Shown in pieces: positions 29,492 through 38,200 of a stretch of 64,000 nucleotides of DNA. The stretch spans positions 46,295 through 110,294 of the forward strand of contig JAYEGE010000001.1 in assembly GCA_034658935.1 (NCBI GenBank), in the 5' to 3' direction. Both the position numbers and the translations under genes were made by a program. Each line of letters opens with the position of its first letter. Position 1 is the stretch's first letter. The notes under the pieces are model-generated. The model worked only from the letters and a program-made list of their open reading frames with translations. It was not told where the DNA came from and made no database searches. Source of the DNA: Patescibacteria group bacterium. GTDB taxonomy: Bacteria > Patescibacteriota > Minisyncoccia > Phycocordibacterales > JACOZG01.

Positions 29492-29878
29492 TTAGAAAAT
29501 ACAATTGAGGGCAATAATGAGTAAGACAACAACAATCAGCGGCATTAATAACCACACTAGGGCTCCGATGATGCCCATTAGGACCATCAGCACCAGAGAA
29601 CAAAGCCCCGAGATGATAAGGATAGTCCTGGCCAGGGCGCCCACTATGCGCATCAATAGATTGACTACTAGAGAAGAGGCCCACTCACCAGGATGGAGGC
29701 CGGGCTTATAGGCCTCGCCCAAGCGCCGCCAGGGCGCCACCCAAGTCCGCACCAGAATCGGCAAGGAGAAAAAATGGTAAATGAAGCGGAGAAGATTGCT
29801 CCAAATAATGGCTCCATCACGCCAAGCGGTCGTATAATGCCACCACAGATAATAGAGGGGTGAGCTGAGCAAGAACAT
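29492..29878 (-). CDS. Hypothetical polytopic membrane protein (128 aa), apparently translationally coupled to the Clp-like gene
   Basis: 3-4 predicted TM helices. The TAA stop at 29492-29494 directly abuts the ATG at 29487-29489. Confidence 0.45.
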   Translation of the reverse strand: MFLLSSPLYYLWWHYTTAWRDGAIIWSNLLRFIYHFFSLPILVRTWVAPWRRLGEAYKPGLHPGEWASSLVVNLLMRIVGALARTILIISGLCSLVLMVLMGIIGALVWLLMPLIVVVLLIIALNCIF

Positions 29879-29910
29879 AATCTTATTATATAAGAGCTAG
29901 CGCAAAACCT

Positions 29911-30759
29911 CTAACGGAAACGGTAGAAAACTTTCGGAGCGAAGCGGAGGTCGAGATACTCAAGAGATAGGTTCTTGTCTGAGAAATCGGCCAGCCAAGA
30001 ATCAGAGCGCAAAACAGTGCCCAGAGTCGCCAGTAGGTCGGTGGAGTCCTGATGCAGGTTAACCAGGAGATCAAAAGTCTCAGCCCCAATTTCAATCCCA
30101 AAAGTATAATCCTGGTGGTCTGGGCTAATAATAACCAGGTTGATTGCAGATACCTGGAAACCGTTTTGCTTCAGACTCTTTGCTAATCTAGAGCGTAGAT
30201 CTAAGAGCCGGGCCAATTCATCTGCAGCAATGGGTGCTGGCTGTCCTGCCTGGGGCCAAACGCCAGTGGATTGAATTGTCAGATAGGGTCGGCGCGAAAA
30301 ATGGGGGGCTGGAGAAAAAACAACTGCTTGTCTATCTATGAAATAACATTGCCCATCATCAGCGGGGCACCACATGGCGACTGGCTGGCGCTCCTTAACC
30401 GATATCATTAAGGCTCCCTGGCGTGAATATACTTCGGCCGTAGTTAGGCGGGCAAAGCGGTCAAGCAGAGTCTGTTCCAACTGCTCAGCTGGGTAAAACC
30501 AGCGTTGCCGCCGAGAAATTAAGCGCCAATAATTCCCAGTCAATACCTCATCGGCTACTCGTTTTATTTGAGCTTCACTGGTAACTCGCTCGCCTTCAAC
30601 AGTAATGCCCTGCAGGTGCCAACGCTCTAATCTAAGAAACCAAACCAAGGCAACCAAAATTATAAGGGCCAGTATCACTAGAATGAGTAACCGGGTTTGT
30701 AGTCGTCGCCTCTTGGCTAGACGAGAAGATTTAAGTAGCTCGCGGCGATTCCTGACCAT
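29911..30759 (-). CDS. FtsQ/DivIB-like cell-division protein (TM + POTRA)
   Basis: 282 aa. Basic N-terminus, single TM helix, then LQGITVEGERVTSEAQIKRVADE... typical of the FtsQ POTRA start. Confidence 0.5.
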   Translation of the reverse strand: MVRNRRELLKSSRLAKRRRLQTRLLILVILALIILVALVWFLRLERWHLQGITVEGERVTSEAQIKRVADEVLTGNYWRLISRRQRWFYPAEQLEQTLLDRFARLTTAEVYSRQGALMISVKERQPVAMWCPADDGQCYFIDRQAVVFSPAPHFSRRPYLTIQSTGVWPQAGQPAPIAADELARLLDLRSRLAKSLKQNGFQVSAINLVIISPDHQDYTFGIEIGAETFDLLVNLHQDSTDLLATLGTVLRSDSWLADFSDKNLSLEYLDLRFAPKVFYRFR

Positions 30760-32026
30760 GGGGTGAAGTAATTACCTCTTGGTCCATGTAGGGCACCAAG
30801 GCCTCCGGCACCTTAATACTGCCGTCGGCCTGCTGATAATTCTCTACTAAAGCAGCTAGGAGGCGTGGCGTAGCCGCTGCCGTGCAATTAAGTGAATGGG
30901 CAAAGCGCGGCTTGCCGTTCTCGGCGCGGTAACGGATATTGAAACGTCGAGTCTGAAAATCGTGATAATAGGCAGCGCTAGAACCCTCACGATAAGTCTG
31001 CTGAGATGGGAACCAAATTTCAGTATCGTATTGCTTGACCTTATTGCCGCCAAGATCGCCGCCGCAAATAAGAACACGGCGGAAAGGTAAGCCCAGAGAT
31101 TCAATAAAGTCTTCGTAATTTTTGTTAGTTTCTTCGTGAAATTTCTCTGACTCAGCATGATCGGCCCGGCAAATGATTAGCTGTTCTAATTTGAAAAATT
31201 CCTGAACTCGGATTAGGCCCTTTATATCCTTGCCGTGGCTCCCTGCCTCGCGCCGATAGCACGGCGAGAAGGCCAAATAACGTTTAGGCAGATCAGCCTC
31301 ATTCAAAATCTCCCCACCATGATAGGCCATCATTGGCACTTCGGCGGTACCAGAAAGATAATCATCGTCCTGAGTCTTATATAGATCTTCGGCTTCGCGA
31401 GGCAAGTGGCCGGTGGCATAAAAAAATTCTTTCTTTAGGATGGCCGGCGCGACGAAAGGTCTGAAGTCCCTCTTAGAGAAAAAGGCTCGTGCATAATTCC
31501 AAACCGCCCAAGAAAGGTCGGCGCCAGCGTTTTGTAAGAAATAACCCCTGAAGCCGTGCGCCTTAGTCCCCCGCTCTAGATCAATCATCTGAAGCTTAGT
31601 CATTAACTCGATATGATCTTTGGGCTCAAACTCAAACTTTGGTGGCGCGCCTTTAATCAACACCTCTTGATTATCTGGTTCACCACCACCCTCCGGCACA
31701 GATACATCTGGGATATTCGGCACTTGGAGCATTAAGCCTTGCCACTCCTTCATAACCTCGGTCAATTTCGCTTCCTGCTCCTGCAATTCATCTTTCATAT
31801 CCTTCAACTCCTTCATCACCGAAACTTTATCCCTAGAGGTACCGGTTCGGGCGACTTGCTCACCCACCTTCTTTTGCTTGGCCCGCAGACCCTCAACTTC
31901 ACCGATCAGGCTCACCCTCTTCTGCTCTACCTCCAAGAAGGCATCGACATCAAAATCAAGGTGCTTTTTCCGCGCCGCCTCTTTAATTAAATCAGGATTC
32001 TCTTTGATAAATTTAATATCGAGCAT
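30731..32026 (-). CDS. serS: Serine--tRNA ligase
   Basis: 431 aa. N-terminal coiled-coil arm (MLDIKFIKENPDLIKEAARKK...) and class II motifs (FRVQEFFKLEQ, GSAAYYHDFQTRRF). Confidence 0.9.
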   Translation of the reverse strand: MLDIKFIKENPDLIKEAARKKHLDFDVDAFLEVEQKRVSLIGEVEGLRAKQKKVGEQVARTGTSRDKVSVMKELKDMKDELQEQEAKLTEVMKEWQGLMLQVPNIPDVSVPEGGGEPDNQEVLIKGAPPKFEFEPKDHIELMTKLQMIDLERGTKAHGFRGYFLQNAGADLSWAVWNYARAFFSKRDFRPFVAPAILKKEFFYATGHLPREAEDLYKTQDDDYLSGTAEVPMMAYHGGEILNEADLPKRYLAFSPCYRREAGSHGKDIKGLIRVQEFFKLEQLIICRADHAESEKFHEETNKNYEDFIESLGLPFRRVLICGGDLGGNKVKQYDTEIWFPSQQTYREGSSAAYYHDFQTRRFNIRYRAENGKPRFAHSLNCTAAATPRLLAALVENYQQADGSIKVPEALVPYMDQEVITSPHGQESPRAT

Positions 32027-32089
32027 ATATTTTATTTCTATTTCTTATTTCTTGTAGTATAACAAAGATGGCCTGTCTACGCTCACCGC

Positions 32090-32119
32090 TTGACAAGCAT
32101 ATATTACTTATGCTATAAT
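32090..32119 (+). promoter_or_regulatory. Near-consensus sigma70-type promoter TTGACA-N18-TGCTATAAT facing the plus strand
   Basis: TTGACA at 32090-32095 and TGCTATAAT at 32111-32119. There is no plus-strand CDS downstream, only the hairpin element 32229-32328. Confidence 0.4.
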
Positions 32120-32228
32120 TAGGGTAGGTATTGAAGCTCGTTCTTCCGCAGCCAGTGAGGAAAATTCACGGTCTTCCAAAACCTACGACCGTAGATTCTT
32201 TAAGACTGTGCCCAAGTTGCGACGAAAG

Positions 32229-32328
32229 CCGATATTACAGAGAAAGACCGTCTCGGAGCGCGACGGCGTGAGAGCCAGGGAAATTTTCAGTAGAAAATAT
32301 TCCCGTGGTCTTTCGAGTAATATCGGCT
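32229..32328. repeat. MITE-like long hairpin element, family C copy B (intergenic, about 105 nt downstream of the promoter at 32090)
   Basis: Terminal inverted repeats gccgatattac/gtaatatcggc. Shows compensatory substitutions relative to copy A (ggtattgc/gcaatacc versus gatattac/gtaatatc). Confidence 0.7.
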
Positions 32329-32335
32329 GGAGTGA

Positions 32336-33334
32336 CTATCTCTTCCCTTTCCTTTTTAAAACTTTTTTTGTTGCTGTCTTGATGGCGTCGGAGTCGAGGC
32401 CGTAATGCGCCAGGAGTTCCATCGGCGCACCGGATTGACCAAACTTATCGTCTACGCCAACAAACTCAATTGGTACAGGATAATCAGTGGCCAAGAGCTC
32501 GGCCACCGCGCCACCCAAACCACCAGCCTGTTGATGCTCTTCAGCCGTTACAATTGCCTTGGCATGATGGGCTAAATTTACAATAGCGTCACGATCTAAT
32601 GGTTTAATAGTGTGAACATTAAGCACCGCGGCCTCGATCCCCTCTTCTGCCAATGCTTCCGCCGCCATCAAGGCCTGGTAAACCATCGTTCCACAGGCAA
32701 TAAGGCCGACATCAATCTGCTCGCTATCACGAAGTAAATTGGCCTGCCCCAAAATAAAGGGTGACTTATCTGTGGTAATAAGCGGCGTTGCCTCTCGGGC
32801 CAAACGCAAGTAAGCCGGCCCCTTAGTTTTAGCCAACGCCTCAGTGGCCTTCTTGGCTTCGATCGCGTCGGCCGGCGCAACAACCGTCATGTTTGGAAGA
32901 ACACGAGTCAGCGCAATATCCTCTAAAGCTTGATGCGAGCCGCCATCTGGGCCAACCGACACTCCAGCGTGTAAACCAGCGATCTTCACTGGCCTATCGT
33001 TATAACAAATAGTCGTCCGGATTTGCTCCCAATTACGGCCCGGGCTAAAGGTGGCATAAGAAGAAACAAAAGGGATCTTCCCCATTGCCGCCATTCCTGA
33101 CGCCACGGCTGCCAGATTCTGTTCAGCCACTCCGATCTGAAAGAAACGTTCCGGAAATTTATCTCGGAAAAGATTCATCTTTGTCGAGTCGGTCAGATCA
33201 GCACAGAGTCCGACAATTTTTTCGTCTACCTCAGCGGCAGCCAAAAGTCCCTCACCAAAACCTTGGCGAATAGGAGCTTGCTCAATACTGAGCCGCCTAA
33301 TTTTAGGGTTAAGATGTTGGCTATTAATAAGCAT
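32336..33334 (-). CDS. Transketolase, C-terminal subunit (split transketolase)
   Basis: About 333 aa from MLINSQHL.. (ATG 33332-33334). SIEQAPIRQGFGEGLL and PFVSSYATF; the C-terminal domain. The ORF track's longer start overlaps the upstream gene. Confidence 0.8.
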   Translation of the reverse strand: MLINSQHLNPKIRRLSIEQAPIRQGFGEGLLAAAEVDEKIVGLCADLTDSTKMNLFRDKFPERFFQIGVAEQNLAAVASGMAAMGKIPFVSSYATFSPGRNWEQIRTTICYNDRPVKIAGLHAGVSVGPDGGSHQALEDIALTRVLPNMTVVAPADAIEAKKATEALAKTKGPAYLRLAREATPLITTDKSPFILGQANLLRDSEQIDVGLIACGTMVYQALMAAEALAEEGIEAAVLNVHTIKPLDRDAIVNLAHHAKAIVTAEEHQQAGGLGGAVAELLATDYPVPIEFVGVDDKFGQSGAPMELLAHYGLDSDAIKTATKKVLKRKGKR

Positions 33335-33651
33335 TAATATGGAGCAGGAACGGCAAACCAAAACCAAACTAGAACCAAAACTAAGACAAGAAGGAGATAA
33401 TGAACGCAACGACTCGTTAGTTCTTGCTTTGCCTTCTTCGGCGGCTTCACAGAGAGGCGCCATAGGCTAAAGATTATCTGGGCCACAACATTAAGAAAAA
33501 TCAGGGCCGAGAGTGATACTCGTAAGGCCTGGCCGCAACCAAGAACGCCGACCCCACCATCACAATTAGTGGGCATGAAGAAGATCACGAAGAGAAGTGC
33601 CACTAACGACACCGCTGAAAAAATAGTATTGGCCCGATTGATTTCTGTCAT
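33334..33651 (-). CDS. Hypothetical small membrane protein (105 aa) inserted between the transketolase subunits
   Basis: About 3 TM helices. Its TAA stop overlaps the tktB ATG as TAATG, indicating translational coupling. Confidence 0.45.
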   Translation of the reverse strand: MTEINRANTIFSAVSLVALLFVIFFMPTNCDGGVGVLGCGQALRVSLSALIFLNVVAQIIFSLWRLSVKPPKKAKQELTSRCVHYLLLVLVLVLVWFWFAVPAPY

Positions 33652-33678
33652 AAAGTTTTAATTATTATTAAAGATTAA

Positions 33679-34548
33679 TTACTCATGTTCCGATCTCACC
33701 TTGCCGCCAAGAGTCCGTAATTCATGCAAGGCCTTCTTGCCCTCTTCCTTATTCGGCGGCTTACCGTGCCACTCGTAACGCCACTCAAATTCTGGCACCC
33801 CCTTGCCCGGCACAGTGTGGGCAATAATCACACTCGGTTTACCAAACACCGACTTAGCCTGAAGCACAGCATCGACGATGGACTCAAAATTATGGCCGTC
33901 TATATCCTGGACTTGCCAACCGAAAGCCGCCCACTTGTCACGCAAGGGCTCTAACGGCATCACGTCCTCGGTATAGCCATCGATCTGGATATTATTACGG
34001 TCGATTATGGCAATGAGATTATGTAATTTCTCCTTACCAGCCAAGAGGGCCGCTTCCCAAGAATTCCCGGCATCTAATTCGCCATCGGACATCAAGCAAT
34101 AAAAATGCTGCTCAGAGGAATTACCCTGATCAAGTCGGTGGGCCAAAGCCATCCCCACCGCCTGGCTCAATCCAGAACCAAGAGGACCCGAGCTATTTTC
34201 CAGGCTAGATAAGAACTCCCGATGAGGATGCCCCTGCAGGCGAGAACCAAATTGACGAAGAGTTTTAAGTTCATCCACAGAGAAGTACCCGGCGTGAGCC
34301 ATGGTGGCGTAAAGTACTGGGCAAATATGACCGTTCGATAAAATCACCCGATCACGTCCCGGCCAATTATGCCGTTTGGGGTCATGTTTGAGAAGATGAA
34401 AATAGAGAGCAGTAAAAATGTCGGCCATGCCCAAGGGGCCGGCAGTGTGACCGGAGCCAGCCGTTACCAACATTTTGATAATAGACTGGCGAATGTCATT
34501 AGCGACACGCTCCAGCTCCCTAACTTTGTCATCGTAGAGATTTACCAT
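33679..34548 (-). CDS. Transketolase, N-terminal subunit (TPP-binding)
   Basis: 289 aa. GSGHTAGPLGMADIF, SNGH, and CLMSDGELDAGNSWEA. Confidence 0.85.
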   Translation of the reverse strand: MVNLYDDKVRELERVANDIRQSIIKMLVTAGSGHTAGPLGMADIFTALYFHLLKHDPKRHNWPGRDRVILSNGHICPVLYATMAHAGYFSVDELKTLRQFGSRLQGHPHREFLSSLENSSGPLGSGLSQAVGMALAHRLDQGNSSEQHFYCLMSDGELDAGNSWEAALLAGKEKLHNLIAIIDRNNIQIDGYTEDVMPLEPLRDKWAAFGWQVQDIDGHNFESIVDAVLQAKSVFGKPSVIIAHTVPGKGVPEFEWRYEWHGKPPNKEEGKKALHELRTLGGKVRSEHE

Positions 34549-34571
34549 TCTTCTTTAATTCTAAAACAAGA

Positions 34572-35210
34572 TTAACTTAACGACAACTCTTGCCAAGCAT
34601 CATGAGCTTGCTTAGCATTAGCAAATTGCCACCAAGCCGAACCGACAATTAGACGATCAACGCCGGCTTCGATTAAAGCTTTGGCGTTATTAAGATCGAC
34701 ACCACCATCAACAGCAATCTTTAGGTCAGGATAGGCCTGCCGCAATTGGCGCACTCGATCAATTACCCCCTCGTCAAAAGGCAACCCTTGTTTACCGATT
34801 TCAGCAATGCCCATTAATTGAACCGACTCTATTTGTTCAATGAAGGGCCCAACCCTCTCTAGTGGCGTCTCGGCCAATAGGGCCAAACCAGTTGGAACAC
34901 CGGCCCTCGCCGCTTGATCGAGAATCTTCGTTGGCGCTGTCACGGATTCAATATGAAAGACAACCCGATCGACTACTTCCAGCCAATCAGTTAGATCTAA
35001 CTCCGGTCGGCGAACCATCAGATGAACCTCAACTTTCAATCGCCCCTCTAGGTCAGCCAAGGCCTGGGGATCCGACCACGTAAAATTAGGGGCAAACTCA
35101 CCGTCAGTGATGTCTAATTGAGTCCAATCGGTAACCCCCTCCAATTCAGCCAAACGTTTTTGAACCTTGGCAAAATCTGTCTCTAAGATTGCGGGAATAA
35201 TTTCTGTCAT
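34572..35210 (-). CDS. rpe: Ribulose-phosphate 3-epimerase
   Basis: 212 aa. IIPAILETDF, HLMV, and VDGGV motifs. Confidence 0.85.
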   Translation of the reverse strand: MTEIIPAILETDFAKVQKRLAELEGVTDWTQLDITDGEFAPNFTWSDPQALADLEGRLKVEVHLMVRRPELDLTDWLEVVDRVVFHIESVTAPTKILDQAARAGVPTGLALLAETPLERVGPFIEQIESVQLMGIAEIGKQGLPFDEGVIDRVRQLRQAYPDLKIAVDGGVDLNNAKALIEAGVDRLIVGSAWWQFANAKQAHDAWQELSLS

Positions 35211-35219
35211 GCCAGTTGC

Positions 35220-38200
35220 TTAAGCCAAACCAGTTATTTGTCTAATAATTTTCATGATCAAGAGAATCATCTGAATGATGATCTGCCTCATCAACTCAAT
35301 ACGCGTCATGGGCACCGTATCTACTCCATCAGGATCAGAAGGTAGGGCAGACCCAAGTGGTGATGGCAGGCTCCCCGAAGGGCCACCGCCAGGAGGATTA
35401 TCGGGGAGGACGTCAGTCCCAGTGCCAATGTCACCGGGAGCATCCCCCACCTCTTCATTCAACACTACTAGAGGAGTGGCGAGAGGCGCAAAACGACGCG
35501 CAAGCGTGCCCGCCTCTAGAGAATCGGGGATGCCGTTCTCATCATTGTCGACTTGAGGAGATACAATGTCGAATCTCTTTAGATGAGCGCCCACTCCTAC
35601 ATATACAGCACCTTCCCCATCAGCCACCACGCCGCCAACAATAGACATGTTGTCGAGAGTTGTAGGGTCACTATCATCTGGCCATTGATTCCAGGCATAA
35701 ATGAAATTCCCCGACCGATCAAATATTTTCAAGATCCGATTTCCACGATCAATCACATAGACTAAATTATAGGTCGGATCGACGGCGATGGCCGCCGGAT
35801 ATAACAACTCGCTACTCCCCCGCCCCAAGCTACCCCAGGTGAGAAGATGATTGCCCTCAGCGTCAAATTTTTGGATTCGGTGATTACCGGTATCGCTGAC
35901 ATAAATATTCCCTTCAGGATCAAGCGCAACCCCCTGAGGCAACTTGAATTGACCATTAGCTGAACCCAGCTGACCAAAAGAGCGAGCCGGCCTCGGAGTA
36001 TTGCTAGAAATATTGTAAACCTGGATTTTATGATTAAGGGTATTTGTGAGATAGAGTAGAGCTCGATCTTCATCAACGGCCATGTCCATGACATAACCCA
36101 AACCTCCAGGCTGGAAGCGGACTGGCTGATAGGTAGTATCCCCATCACAAAACCCACTACCACGGCAGGGGCCCAGACTAGTGGTCCGTTTCTCTATGTC
36201 CACAATTCTTAACTTAGTTGAATCCATCAACCGGCCGGCGCCGCCACTAACTACATCCATAGCAATATAAACCTTGCCTCTAGTGTCATCTACCGCCACT
36301 GCAGCAGGGAAACTCAAATAATCCCAAAACCTAGCCCATTGTTTGGTCTGACCACTAACAAAGTCAGCCCACCTACCGACGCGGAGGTAATAATATAGAG
36401 CACTGGGGCCATAGATATAACCATCATCATCAATGTCTAGAGCGGCAGTAAAACTCTGCACCTGACTACCTTCCGGAGCAAGACGTAAGCGTGCCGTATC
36501 AAGATTCACGGCTAGTGGAGCACTTCGCCGTGTAGAAACAGGGATCAAACGGGCACGAACGCCCCCAGAATTAGAGCGGGTTAGGGCGTGGAGCCTAGAG
36601 CCAGCAAGGTCGTTCTTTTTAAACAAGACCAGGGGAGCCTGATCGCCACCAGGGAAAGCGCCCCCCAATACCTCAATAGTATTGTCAAGCGACGAATAGA
36701 CCCGCTCTGGGGAAGACCAGAGGCCGGCGCCCGCTCTTTTCCGCAAGTAAATATTGCGACCACTTGGCGAATAATAGAGCCAAGTCACCTGATCTGGTCC
36801 AGCAATTGCTTGAAAGCTATCCACCGATCCCAAATCTACTGGCCGACTCCAGGAGTTACCACTATGTTGGTAAACACTAGACATCAAGCGTCCATTGCGA
36901 CGATAAAGGAAATCTGCTTGGTTGGCGCGCGAGGACACAAAAGCAACCTTGGCTATATCGCTGTCACTTCCAGCAACGATAGGCTGATAATCATAGGAAC
37001 CGCCAGTCTGCCAACCATCATTCCCCCACCAAGACCATTTCCGCGTTCTATCATTATAGAGAGCGGCGGCGATAAGACTGCGACCACTGTCGCTACGCTC
37101 GTGAAAACCAAAGACAACTAGATAATTATTTTTTCCAATATAGGTAACTGAAGGGCGACTGTATGTTTGAGTAACCGTATTAGGGCTAGGGTCTAAGACG
37201 AATGTTGGAAAAACATCTGCCCCTGCCGGCCCCTGAGTCCAGGGTAAGTGATTACCCCCTGTCCAATTATTAGCTCGACTATTCCACAAATTCCATAATT
37301 GACCTCCTCGCGGCCCCGAATAACGAGTCGCCGTCAATTGAGGCCTAAAGCGACGAGTAATACTGTAGCCGGTAGTCCCGACTAAAATTCCCGTACCATC
37401 GGGGGCCATAGCAAACCCGGCCTCCCCACTGTTCCAGGTGGGGACCACGGCGGAAGCGTGAAAAGGCTCGTAATTGCGACCGCCATACCAATTAAGCCAG
37501 CTTTCACCGTCAAAAATGAAATTTTCTATGAAGCCATGGGTATCATAGCTAGTGCTGGAATATGGGAACGTAATACCATCTACAACACTTTGGCTACCGG
37601 CAGAAACACCAAAAACCCCCTCACCCTCTGGATCAGCAGGATCGGGGTAAAGCTTGGCGGCGTTATGGAGTAACAACCCACCACTGATTGGACGAGCAAT
37701 AGCATTACTCGTCCCACTCCAACCATTATCAGTAAGGAGTTCCCAGCGGGCAGTGGCGACGGAATCACCTTCCCCAAAATTTAAACGACCAGAGACAGTG
37801 CCGAGACTGGCAGAATTAAAGAGGTAAATATAATCACCTTGGCCATTTGTAGTCCCACCTACCAAGGGGCGAAATTGCCTTAGGGGCTCACCAGCGTCAA
37901 TTGGCTGACCACCATTGAGTTCATACCAACAATCACGACAAGCCTCGTAAGTAGTTTGGAAAGTGGGCACCGTAACCGGCCGACTTTCTACTCCCAAAAC
38001 AGTGTTTAGTGCCGTTACCGAGTAATTGGCGTAAGAATGATTGGGGATTAAATCTGTTAGATTGAAACTATCGCCGACAATCTCGGAAATAAGCACATCA
38101 TTCTCATACAATTTGAGAGGCGGTGAGTAAAAACCACAGGGGTCACTAGCGACAACATTAATAGCCGCGCTGTCCCCCGTCACCTGATCCACCTCAACAG

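Noticed and set aside
32208-32405. 65-aa plus-strand ORF downstream of the consensus promoter
   Set aside because: It is entirely encoded by the MITE-like hairpin copy B. Its reading frame is not preserved in copy A. It is more plausibly an RNA element.
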